This document shows, piece by piece, positions 1-8,532 of a DNA stretch of 64,000 nt. Under the pieces are notes generated by a model. That model saw only the letters and a list, made by a program, of their open reading frames with translations. It was not told the DNA's origin and did no database searches. How positions within the stretch are numbered: the stretch's first letter is position 1; every line of letters begins with the position of its first letter. Position numbers and translations under genes: made by a program. This stretch comes from an uncultured Acidobacteriota bacterium (GTDB lineage: Bacteria > Acidobacteriota > Blastocatellia > Pyrinomonadales > Pyrinomonadaceae): NCBI GenBank assembly GCA_963718105.1, contig OY970352.1:2546237-2610236 (forward strand), read 5' to 3'.

Positions 1-1773
1 CCACAACTGACTCGGATCGGCCGGCGAAACCGTGATAACGAAGACCCTTTCCGTAACATTCAATTTCGGATTGGCCGGGTTGGGGACCGACTGCTGCCAG
101 ACCCTCTCCCATCCGGTATCAATATTATAGGTGCGATAGAGGCCGCTTTCCGTGGCGGCATAGATGCCGTTCTTGCCGTCATCAGTATAAGCAAGAGCGT
201 TTATTCTCTCTCCCAGCGCGGAGATCTTTTTCGGGTCGGGCGGAGGAGGCTTTACCGCCACCATCTTTTTACCGACCTTTTTGTATGTTACTTTTCCCTT
301 CGCCGCGGGTTTGGCCACTATCTTTGTCCACGAAGCTCCGCGGTCGATCGACCGGAAGATGCCCGAGTTGGAACCAAGATAGATCAGGTTAGGATTCACC
401 TTATCCTGCAGCATCGTGATCGGCACATCGTTATTCGCCACAAGATTTCTCATCGACGGGATCCAGCTCTGGCCGCCGTCATCGCTGACAAAAACAAATC
501 CTCCGCCGCCCGCCGTGTTATTGGTCGTGGCGTAGAAACGATTAGACCGCTCGACATCCGGCACGATGGAAAGCATCATGCGGCTGGTAAAATTGCCGTT
601 TGCCTGGGCAAAATTTTTGCCGCCGTCATTGGAGACCATCAAGCCGTAATTGTTGGTCGCGATAAATACTTTATTGGGTTCTTCGGGGTGAACGGCGATC
701 GAATTTATTTCCAGGGCCTTACTGGTAGTAAGCGACCAGCCGACGCCGGAGGTCATCCAGAAGCCTTCCGTGGTGCCGGCCAGGACCGTCCCGGCCAGCG
801 TCGGGTGAAATTTGATGGCGCGGGTGCGGCGCGAAGCCGAAGGAATTCCCTGGGCTTTTCTCCACAACTCGCCTTTGTTAAAAGATTCGTAAATGCCGCT
901 GCAGGCCGAAGCATAGATATGATTGGCGTCGCGCGGATCGATATCGATGGCAAAAACATCGGAATCGTCTATCATCCCGTTTTTGATCAGGCGCCAGTTT
1001 GCGCCGCCGTCGGTGGTTTTGTAGGCCCGCCACCACGTTCCGACATAAATGATATTAGGATCTTTGGGATCGATAGCGATCGAATCATTATCGAGCGGGA
1101 GGGTCGCGGAAGCGATCTTATGCCACGAATCTCCGGAATCCGTAGAGCGGTAAACTCCGTTCACGGTCCCTGCCAGAAGTATGTTCGGGCTGGAAGGCGA
1201 TTGCGCCAGCGCCTGAATGGCTTCACTTCTAAGGTCTTTTGATTCTTTCCAGGTCAATCCGCTATCGGAAGATTTGAAAAAGCCTCCCGGTTCTTTATGG
1301 CGATGGCCGGAAACATAGATCACCCGCGAATCGCGGCTGTCGATAATAATGTCGTCAAGAATGATCAGCGGCCGGCTAAAGGTGGCCAGCAGCCGCCAGT
1401 TTCTTCCGCCGTCGCGCGAGCCATAGACCTGGCTGTCCAGAGTGCTGACGTAAATATTGTTTTTATTTTTCAGGTCGATAGCTACGGTGCGAATATCGCC
1501 GCCGCTCGGGCCCAGCGATTGCCAACTGGTAAATTTCGCCGTATCCCGCTCTATCATGGCATCGGGGATAATGAGCTCTTGCTTGCTCGCCACCGCTACC
1601 GCCGCCACAGGGGGCGCCGGAACCGCCGGGGTTTCGACCACCGGTTCGGCTTGCGAAGGGGTGTTAACCTCGATTTGCGCGCTGAGAACCAAAGGAGCCA
1701 GAAAGACCAGACAGCCGAATAAAAAACCCGGTGCCATCTTGCTCAAAAATGTAGTTGTAGTTCTTGATTTCAT
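1..1773 (-). CDS. Secreted BNR/Asp-box repeat beta-propeller protein (sialidase / Ycf48-like superfamily); 3' end lies outside the window
   Basis: Not in the ORF track because it is open at the window edge. My translation of the minus strand from ATG 1773-1771 gives MKSRTTTTFLSKMAPGFLFGCLVFLAPLVLSAQ (signal-like). At least seven SxDxGxxW/F Asp-box motifs follow (SRDGGRNW, SSDSGLTW, STDSGDSW, TTDGGANW, SNDGGKNF, SDDGGQSW, SIDRGASW), in frame down to base 1. Plus-strand ORFs 688-1242 and 1297-1722 are Arg/Gly-rich shadows. Confidence 0.8.
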   Translation of the reverse strand, partial: MKSRTTTTFLSKMAPGFLFGCLVFLAPLVLSAQIEVNTPSQAEPVVETPAVPAPPVAAVAVASKQELIIPDAMIERDTAKFTSWQSLGPSGGDIRTVAIDLKNKNNIYVSTLDSQVYGSRDGGRNWRLLATFSRPLIILDDIIIDSRDSRVIYVSGHRHKEPGGFFKSSDSGLTWKESKDLRSEAIQALAQSPSSPNILLAGTVNGVYRSTDSGDSWHKIASATLPLDNDSIAIDPKDPNIIYVGTWWRAYKTTDGGANWRLIKNGMIDDSDVFAIDIDPRDANHIYASACSGIYESFNKGELWRKAQGIPSASRRTRAIKFHPTLAGTVLAGTTEGFWMTSGVGWSLTTSKALEINSIAVHPEEPNKVFIATNNYGLMVSNDGGKNFAQANGNFTSRMMLSIVPDVERSNRFYATTNNTAGGGGFVFVSDDGGQSWIPSMRNLVANNDVPITMLQDKVNPNLIYLGSNSGIFRSIDRGASWTKIVAKPAAKGKVTYKKVGKKMVAVKPPPPDPKKISALGERINALAYTDDGKNGIYAATESGLYRTYNIDTGWERVWQQSVPNPANPKLNVTERVFVITVSPADPSQLW

Positions 1774-1974
1774 ATAGGACGATTTTATCTCGGAAGATCC
1801 GCTTTAGAAGTTATGACTCAAGCTAATGACGGACAACTGTTCTGATGAATCATAGATGCCGATTGTTGTCCGAAAAAAGCCTTAAAACATTAGACATTGG
1901 GGCGATTCGCCATTTGGGAGCAGGACATTAAGACCATTGTTATTCTAATAAGAAATTTCAAAAAAATAAAGTAA

Positions 1975-2017
1975 AAAACAAAATGAACCGCCCTTTTCCA
2001 AGAGCGGTTCATTTTTA
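1975..2017 (-). terminator. Hairpin plus U-tract terminator downstream of the 2056-4443 gene
   Basis: ATGAACCGC (1983-1991) pairs with GCGGTTCAT (2004-2012). An A-run precedes and a T-run follows, so it reads as a terminator on either strand. Confidence 0.6.
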
Positions 2018-2055
2018 TCTATGCCTCGCTGCCGCGGCAGCAGGCGTTAAGTCCT

Positions 2056-4443
2056 TTACGGAGTTGGGTTATCCGCACCGGCGGGCACTCTCCACAGGGT
2101 GGTTCTGATCGTGCCGTCTCCAGCGCCTCCATCGACTATGGTAATGCGGCTGGCGTCGAATTTACGGAAGGCGATATGGTTGTTGAACAATTTCACCAAG
2201 TCGTTCTTCTTCTTGCCGGCCGGGCCGTAGTAGATGATGTAACCGCGTGAATTCGGGTCATTCTGCAGTTCGACAAAGAAGTTGTCGAGACGCGCTCTGA
2301 CCTGATCGTGCGGAAGATCTCCGAACTCATCGGTCTTGATCGCCATTGGTCTGGCAACCGAACCCGTTTCAGATTGCGTTGACGGGCAACCCGGGCAGCA
2401 TCCGCCCACATCGACTGTGGCCGTAACGGTGCTGTTGTTTTCCATGCCGTTGGTGCTGACATGAATGACCGGGGTTCCCTGTCCGCTCGAAATGGTACCG
2501 GCGGAAACGCTCCAGTTATAGGTCGGGTTGCAGTTGGTGCCGCCGCTGACATTAGCCGTAAAGACCATGTCCTCGCCTGACTGAACTGCCGAACTCGGTC
2601 CCGTAACTGAGATCGTCGGGCATTCGCACGGCGGTTTTTTACAATCCGTGCATTCTTTGACCGTAATGGTCTTGGTCTGTGTTTTACCGCAAACACCGCA
2701 GCCGTCATCGACGCCGGCAGTGATGGTGTAGGTTCCGGGTCTGACACCCGCGAGGTCCCAATTCACATTGGCGCCCTGGCCTACGATACGTCCACCGGAA
2801 ACGGTGTAGTTGTAGATCAGAGTGTCATTTTCCGGATCGGCCGCCGACGTTCTCACGCTAACCGAAGATGATTCGGCGCAGCCCGTTCCCGCGATCTCTC
2901 CCGGAGGGCATCCCAGCGTGACTTCGGTGTCACCGACTTCAAGGTTGGTTACGTCAGCCGCTTTGTTAAGCACGGCCGGGGTTCCGCGAGAGTTACGTCT
3001 TCCGATCGTCGCCTGGAAGATATATCCATGCGGGTCGGTCGAGAACGGGAAGATACCCTGCAGATCCTGGAAGTTGAAAGTAGTAGTGATCGTCTGCGAT
3101 GCCGGGATACCCGCAGTCGGGTTAGCCGGACGCACGATAACTACAGACGACGTCGTTGTGTCGTCAAAGGCTTCCAGATCCTGCTCGTTAGCATTGTAGC
3201 GATACGCAAATCCAAGACTCATCCAGCGAGTCGGGAAAATGCGGAAACCTACCAAAGCATCCAGAGGATTGTTTTCCAGAGCGTTCGGTGTGCGGCCGCC
3301 TATATACCAGGTCTGGCGGATTTCGCCGATCGGCTGGAAAAACTTATTGACCGGGAAATCGAGGCCGATAGCGGTCTGCAGTTCATCGGGCCTGTCAAGC
3401 AAAGTGAAAGTTCCCGTCGGGTATTTAGCTTTCACGCTGCTGTTGTGAATAAGGCCAACGTTCGAAGAAAGGTTGAGCCATTTTCTCAAGCGCGCATCGG
3501 CAAAGAAGTAGACGCCGACGTCACCGCGGTTTCCACCGGGGCTGGAACCTCTCTGCAACTGGTTAAATCCGCCCAGGCTGCCTGCTCTGTCGGCATACCA
3601 GCGGTAAAAAGGAATGATACCCACGCCGACCGGATTGTTCGGGCCGGTCCATCTCCATTTCGCACCGGCGGTGAACGTGCTGAAAGCAGTCTCACCGTAG
3701 TGGCGATTAAGGAACGGGGCGTCCGGCAAATAAGCCGGCGAATTGGTGAACACCATCGGTGCCACGCCGCTCGGGTTCAAAGCGACCGTTCCCCAATAAA
3801 GGCCAGGCAGGATACTGCCGGCGGGCGAACCTACGCCCGGGAACTGAGCCGCGCCGTTGCCACTGTCGATCGGGTTACCAACCGAGGTGACAAACGGACC
3901 GTATTGTCCGGCGAAACCGCCGATATACGGATACTGCAGGAAAGGCTGTCTGCCGTCCGGACGGAAAATACCCTGTCCCTGAAGGTTAGGTATTCCCAGC
4001 GGAGCGATAATGATAGCTCCCGGAACCGCCAGTTGATTAAAGCCGTTGATAGGCACGATCAACTGGGAATTTGGCAGCCTGAAACCCGACAGATTCAGTG
4101 GTGAATTCACCTTCATCGCACGGTAAGCATCCGTGTTAAAGAAAAGCTCGAGGTGATCACTCACACCGATCTGGAAGCTGATCGGCACTTCGACGATATC
4201 AACATTGCCGGGATCACGGTCAAAATTGCTGTAAGCAATACTGAACGTGTATTCTCCCCGGCGAAGAGTTTGTCCGTCATAAACGGTAAAAAGACCTGTA
4301 GGGCCGCCTACGGGACCTCCCGTACCGACAGTCGGGGCGGTATTTCTGGGGTCATTCTCCGACCTCGGAGTCTGAGCCGATCCCACCCAAACCAGTGTAA
4401 ACATAGTTAGCGCTAAAGCTAGCGCTTGTTTCGCGAGTTTCAT
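2056..4443 (-). CDS. Secreted / outer-membrane hypothetical protein with Cys-rich Ig-like repeats
   Basis: ORF track gives 2056-4470. I prefer the ATG at 4443 (MKLAKQALALALTMFTLVWVGSAQ signal) because GGAGG lies 6 nt upstream. The N-terminal ~480 aa are Gly/aromatic-rich and beta-barrel-like. Two repeated Cys-rich modules follow (YNYTVSGGRIVGQG.., YNWSVSAGTISSGQG..). Confidence 0.75.
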   Translation of the reverse strand: MKLAKQALALALTMFTLVWVGSAQTPRSENDPRNTAPTVGTGGPVGGPTGLFTVYDGQTLRRGEYTFSIAYSNFDRDPGNVDIVEVPISFQIGVSDHLELFFNTDAYRAMKVNSPLNLSGFRLPNSQLIVPINGFNQLAVPGAIIIAPLGIPNLQGQGIFRPDGRQPFLQYPYIGGFAGQYGPFVTSVGNPIDSGNGAAQFPGVGSPAGSILPGLYWGTVALNPSGVAPMVFTNSPAYLPDAPFLNRHYGETAFSTFTAGAKWRWTGPNNPVGVGIIPFYRWYADRAGSLGGFNQLQRGSSPGGNRGDVGVYFFADARLRKWLNLSSNVGLIHNSSVKAKYPTGTFTLLDRPDELQTAIGLDFPVNKFFQPIGEIRQTWYIGGRTPNALENNPLDALVGFRIFPTRWMSLGFAYRYNANEQDLEAFDDTTTSSVVIVRPANPTAGIPASQTITTTFNFQDLQGIFPFSTDPHGYIFQATIGRRNSRGTPAVLNKAADVTNLEVGDTEVTLGCPPGEIAGTGCAESSSVSVRTSAADPENDTLIYNYTVSGGRIVGQGANVNWDLAGVRPGTYTITAGVDDGCGVCGKTQTKTITVKECTDCKKPPCECPTISVTGPSSAVQSGEDMVFTANVSGGTNCNPTYNWSVSAGTISSGQGTPVIHVSTNGMENNSTVTATVDVGGCCPGCPSTQSETGSVARPMAIKTDEFGDLPHDQVRARLDNFFVELQNDPNSRGYIIYYGPAGKKKNDLVKLFNNHIAFRKFDASRITIVDGGAGDGTIRTTLWRVPAGADNPTP

Positions 4444-4763
4444 CACATTCCTCCGGCGAATAAAATTCATAAATTACAATTTTAGTTGAGTAGATTAGGT
4501 ATGAATTAAACTGCAATATTAACCCGGCTACTCTTCAATTATAGCCGTCACCCGAATGAGATAAGCTAAACAGCTTAAATAAAAACACTTTCAGGCAACT
4601 TTTGTTATAAAACTACATATATGAGAATACGCTTGAAATGTCAAACATGACATTTAAACCAAATAAAAACGACAGATGCGTAACCTCAGTTCCTAAGGTT
4701 ACTTTATATTTATCTGAAAATCAAGCGTTTTCATCACTTATGCAACATTTAAAGAGCTGTTCT

Positions 4764-6053
4764 TTAAGCATATATCCCGCGCATTCGGGTATCGTAAGCC
4801 ACGCGGTCTATCGCCAGCATGTACGACGCGGTCCTCATATCGACACTATGGGTTTCCGCATATTTGACCACTTCATGGAAACTGGCCACCATTTTTTCCT
4901 CAAGTCTTTGATTTACTTCATCTTCGCTCCAGAAAAAACCCATTCTGTCCTGAACCCATTCAAAGTATGAGACGGTCACGCCGCCGGCATTTGCCAGGAT
5001 GTCGGGAATAACGAAGATCCCTTTTTCGTGCAAAATGCTGTCGGCATTGGATGTAGTAGGCCCATTTGCGCCTTCGGCAAGTATCTTGCACTTGATGCGG
5101 CCGGCATTTGCCTTGGTGATCTGATTTTCCGTCGCGCAGGGTGCCAGCACATCGCATTCCAATTCGAGCAGCTCGGAATTGCCGATCTTTTCCACACCTT
5201 CCAAACCGTCAAACGATTTGGTGGCGCGTAAATGCTTCAGAGCCTTGGGAATATCAATGCCGTGCGAATTGTGGATCCCGCCGCTGACATCCGAGATGGC
5301 GATCACCTTGTAACCGAGGTCATGCATAAGCTCGGCGCCGATGCCGCCGACGTTTCCCGAACCCTGCACCACGACAGTGGTCTTGTCCGGTGTCAGGTCA
5401 AAACGCTTGATGGCTTCATTGACGCAGAACAACACGCCGCGTCCGGTGGCTTCACGGCGGCCCTGCGAACCTCCGAGGCCGATGGGTTTGCCGGTCACGA
5501 CAGCGTTGACAGTATGGCGCGCGTGCATGGAATAAGTATCCATGATCCAGGCCATCGTCTGCTCGTTGGTATTCATATCCGGCGCCGGCACGTCTTTATC
5601 CGGACCGATGAAATCGATCAATTCCGCGGTGTAGCGGCGGGTCAGCCTTTCCAGTTCACCGATCGACATCTGCTGCGGATTGCAGATGATGCCTCCCTTG
5701 GCGCCGCCGAACGGAACGTTCACGACCGCGCACTTCCAGGTCATCCACGCCGAGAGCGCCTTTACTTCGTCAAGGCTGACATTCGGATCGTAGCGGATAC
5801 CTCCCTTGGCCGGGCCGCGCGCGAAATTGTGCTGAACGCGGTATCCTTCAAAAACCTCGATATGTCCCGAATCCATTCTGATCGGAATATAAACCTTGAT
5901 CTCGCGGCTGGGAACGATCATGACCTTATAAAGATCTTCCTCCAGATCCAAGAGCCTGGCGGCGCGGTCGAACCGCTGCCTCATCGCCTCGAACGGATTT
6001 CTTTCATCGCTGCTTAAAACGTGTGCCGCTTCCAGGCCCGTTGCATTTGCCAT
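4764..6053 (-). CDS. gdhA: Glutamate dehydrogenase (Glu/Leu/Phe/Val dehydrogenase family)
   Basis: 429 aa with the hallmarks KGGIRY and [10 protein letters not shown] and the Rossmann motif GSGNVG. Confidence 0.93.
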   Translation of the reverse strand: MANATGLEAAHVLSSDERNPFEAMRQRFDRAARLLDLEEDLYKVMIVPSREIKVYIPIRMDSGHIEVFEGYRVQHNFARGPAKGGIRYDPNVSLDEVKALSAWMTWKCAVVNVPFGGAKGGIICNPQQMSIGELERLTRRYTAELIDFIGPDKDVPAPDMNTNEQTMAWIMDTYSMHARHTVNAVVTGKPIGLGGSQGRREATGRGVLFCVNEAIKRFDLTPDKTTVVVQGSGNVGGIGAELMHDLGYKVIAISDVSGGIHNSHGIDIPKALKHLRATKSFDGLEGVEKIGNSELLELECDVLAPCATENQITKANAGRIKCKILAEGANGPTTSNADSILHEKGIFVIPDILANAGGVTVSYFEWVQDRMGFFWSEDEVNQRLEEKMVASFHEVVKYAETHSVDMRTASYMLAIDRVAYDTRMRGIYA

Positions 6054-6354
6054 TACATTTCTCCCAAGATTCTCAAAATATTCTTATCTAATAGTTCTTT
6101 TCACGTAAGCTTTAAAACATTCCTGGCCGCGCCTTAAACGGCGCACCCCGAAATATTCTTCCAACCAACACCTATTATGATTATTGCATCAAAACACATC
6201 GAATGAAGGCCTATGGTGACAGGTGGGCAGGTGAGTTTTGATCGATTGAAGATTATTTCCGACATTTGTTCGTAAATAATAGATTATTAAGTTATAAAGC
6301 CTAACGAGATGTTATCCCAAAGCCTGTCTTTGGCGCAACTTGCACACCGATATC

Positions 6355-6424
6355 TATGGAGCGCCGAATTTATTCGGCTGTAAGCGACACCGGCCTGTAG
6401 GCCGAATAAATTCGGCGCTCCATA
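6355..6424. repeat. Nested palindromic repeat, family C copy 1
   Basis: Perfect 24-bp arms TATGGAGCGCCGAATTTATTCGGC / GCCGAATAAATTCGGCGCTCCATA with a 22-nt spacer. Each arm contains its own mini-palindrome GCCGAAT..ATTCGGC. A second copy is at 40969-41064. Confidence 0.85.
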
Positions 6425-6477
6425 CAGCGGCGCTACAAATTGATTTTTTATCGTGTAAAATACGAACGAAATATTTT

Positions 6478-7905
6478 ATGACCCGATCTGCCCGGCAATG
6501 CCTTTCAAATATATTTCTTCTCCTTTCGGTAATGTTATTTATCACCGCGCCCTGCTTTGCCCAGGATGACGAAGATGATAAAGACCCGGTCAAACTTTTC
6601 CAGCAGGGCCAGGATGCGCACGAGAAAGGCGACCTGAAAAAGGCACTGGAACTTTATAACGAAGCGCTCGAACTCGCTCCCGAATTTCCCGAGGCGGAAT
6701 TTCAAAAGGGAGCGGCGCTGGTTTCGCTGAACCGGTCGGAAGAAGCAGAAACCTCATTCCGCCGGGCGCTGGAATTACGCCCGCAATGGACACCGCCTAT
6801 GAGCAGCCTGGGCTCTCTTTTGATCAAAGCCGGAAAATTTCCCGAAGCGGAAAAACTGCTGACGGCCGCCCTTAAACTCGACGAGCAAAACTTCCCGGCC
6901 TTGGCCGCCCTGACCGAACTTTATTTAAAAACAAAAGCGTCACCGGATGTTTTAAAAAACCTGCTGGCGCGGCTGCAGGCGCTGACCAGAAAAATGCGCC
7001 CGCCCGCGATGGTGTGGGCCGCGCGCGCCGCGGTGGAAAGAGCGCTGGGCGATTTTGCGAATGCCGGAATAAGCGCCGGCAAAGCGCTGGCCATCGATCC
7101 GAAAAATATTCCCGCGCTGCAGGAGCACGCCGAAGCGTCGCTGAGTTTGGGAGATCCGGGCTCGGCTTTAAATGACGCGGACGCGATTTTAAAACTCACT
7201 CCGCAATACGGGGCCGGAAAACTTCTCCGCGCCCGCGCTTTGGCGGCGGGGGGAAATACCGGTGAAGCCTTAAAGATCCTTGACTCCATGGATGACGGCA
7301 TCAAGGTGTCCCCGAGTTATATTGAGGTCCGGCAGGCGATCGTCGCGGCCGGTTCTAACGCGGAGGAAAATATTGCCGAGCTGGAAAAACTTATTACCGC
7401 CGACCCGAAGAATGTTTCCGTGCTGGCGCGGTTGTGCATCGCCGCCCGCCAGAGCGCTCCTGCCAAGTCCCTCGATGCCTGCCGCCGGGCGGCGGAGCTG
7501 GAACCGAATAATCTCAACCACGTGATCGGCTACGCCGGCGCGCTGGTGCAATCGAGGCAATTCGAGACGGCGGTCCAGCTATTGCGGAAAGTGATCAGCC
7601 TCGCCCCGGAAAATTATACCGCTCACGCAAATCTGGCGACCGCCCTTTTCGAACTCAAACGCTACCTGGAAGCCATCCCGGAATTTGAATGGCTGACGGA
7701 AAAAAAACCCGAGCTGCCGATCGGCTATTACTTCCTCGGTATCGCTTACGATTCGACAAAAAGATACCCGGAAGCAATGGTCAACTATAAAAAATTTCTT
7801 TCTTTAGCCGATCCGGTCTATAATAAGACGGAAATAGAAAACGTAAATTTGCTCTTGCCGGCCCTGGCAAAGCAGATCGAAAAACTCAAAAAAAGCAGGA
7901 ATTAG
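6478..7905 (+). CDS. Secreted TPR-repeat protein
   Basis: ORF track starts at TTG 6340, inside the repeat. The ATG at 6478 gives MTRSARQCLSNIFLLLSVMLFITAPCFAQ (signal peptide). Many 34-aa TPR-like units follow (ALELYNEALELAPEFPEAEF..., AIPEFEWLTEKKPELPIGYYFLGIAY). Confidence 0.8.
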   Translation: MTRSARQCLSNIFLLLSVMLFITAPCFAQDDEDDKDPVKLFQQGQDAHEKGDLKKALELYNEALELAPEFPEAEFQKGAALVSLNRSEEAETSFRRALELRPQWTPPMSSLGSLLIKAGKFPEAEKLLTAALKLDEQNFPALAALTELYLKTKASPDVLKNLLARLQALTRKMRPPAMVWAARAAVERALGDFANAGISAGKALAIDPKNIPALQEHAEASLSLGDPGSALNDADAILKLTPQYGAGKLLRARALAAGGNTGEALKILDSMDDGIKVSPSYIEVRQAIVAAGSNAEENIAELEKLITADPKNVSVLARLCIAARQSAPAKSLDACRRAAELEPNNLNHVIGYAGALVQSRQFETAVQLLRKVISLAPENYTAHANLATALFELKRYLEAIPEFEWLTEKKPELPIGYYFLGIAYDSTKRYPEAMVNYKKFLSLADPVYNKTEIENVNLLLPALAKQIEKLKKSRN

Positions 7906-7909
7906 CAGT

Positions 7910-8530
7910 ATGGGAAATATCAACAGGTTCCGCGGGCGCGTAATAACAACTTCTTCTTTTTGTACCCCTGCACATTTGATTCGCCCGGTACCTGTTTTAC
8001 TGCTCATCCTGTTCTCATTTGTCCCGGCCCTTGCGCAGGACGATAACGGCAGAAATTCCATGCCGGACGACGCAGCCCCGCCGCCGCTAAAGATAATCTC
8101 TAAAGAAGAAAAAGATCAACTGGCAAGCGAATCGGGTGTGAAAGACCGTTCGATCATCTACCTGGCCCTTTTGGAAGCGAGATTGAAAAAGGCGGAAGAC
8201 CTTTCCACGCAGGAGGATTTTGTGTCTACCCTGACACAGTTCGGCTCGTACGAAGGCCTGCTGGAAAGTATGGTCAACTTTCTTACGGCGGAAAACAAAA
8301 GCGGTAAAGCGTTATGGAGTTTCAAAAAACTTGAACTGACATTGCGCGCGCACAATGTCCGGATCGAATCCGTCAGGCGGGTAATGCCTTTTAAATACGC
8401 GTATCACCTCACCCGGCTGCAAAAATTTATCCGTAAGTCGCGGGCGACAGCAACCGAGTCGCTTTTCAGCGACTCGGTCGTGCGTGTTCCTGATGATAAG
8501 AATGATAAGAAGGAAGAGCAAAAGCCGTAA
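7910..8530 (+). CDS. Hypothetical secreted protein
   Basis: The ATG lies 4 nt after the TPR gene stop. Hydrophobic N-terminus VPVLLLILFSFVPALAQ and a Lys/Glu-rich C-terminus. No family recognised. Confidence 0.6.
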   Translation: MGNINRFRGRVITTSSFCTPAHLIRPVPVLLLILFSFVPALAQDDNGRNSMPDDAAPPPLKIISKEEKDQLASESGVKDRSIIYLALLEARLKKAEDLSTQEDFVSTLTQFGSYEGLLESMVNFLTAENKSGKALWSFKKLELTLRAHNVRIESVRRVMPFKYAYHLTRLQKFIRKSRATATESLFSDSVVRVPDDKNDKKEEQKP

Positions 8531-8532
8531 CC

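Noticed and set aside
688-1777. Plus-strand ORFs 688-1242, 1297-1722 and 1457-1777
   Set aside because: They are Arg/Gly/Ala-rich with no motifs, and lie antisense to a continuous minus-strand frame full of Asp-box motifs. They are classic shadow ORFs of a GC-rich gene.
5232-6017. 261-aa plus-strand ORF and several smaller ORFs inside the gdhA region
   Set aside because: They are antisense to an unambiguous glutamate dehydrogenase frame. Composition is Arg/Ala/His-rich with no recognisable domain.
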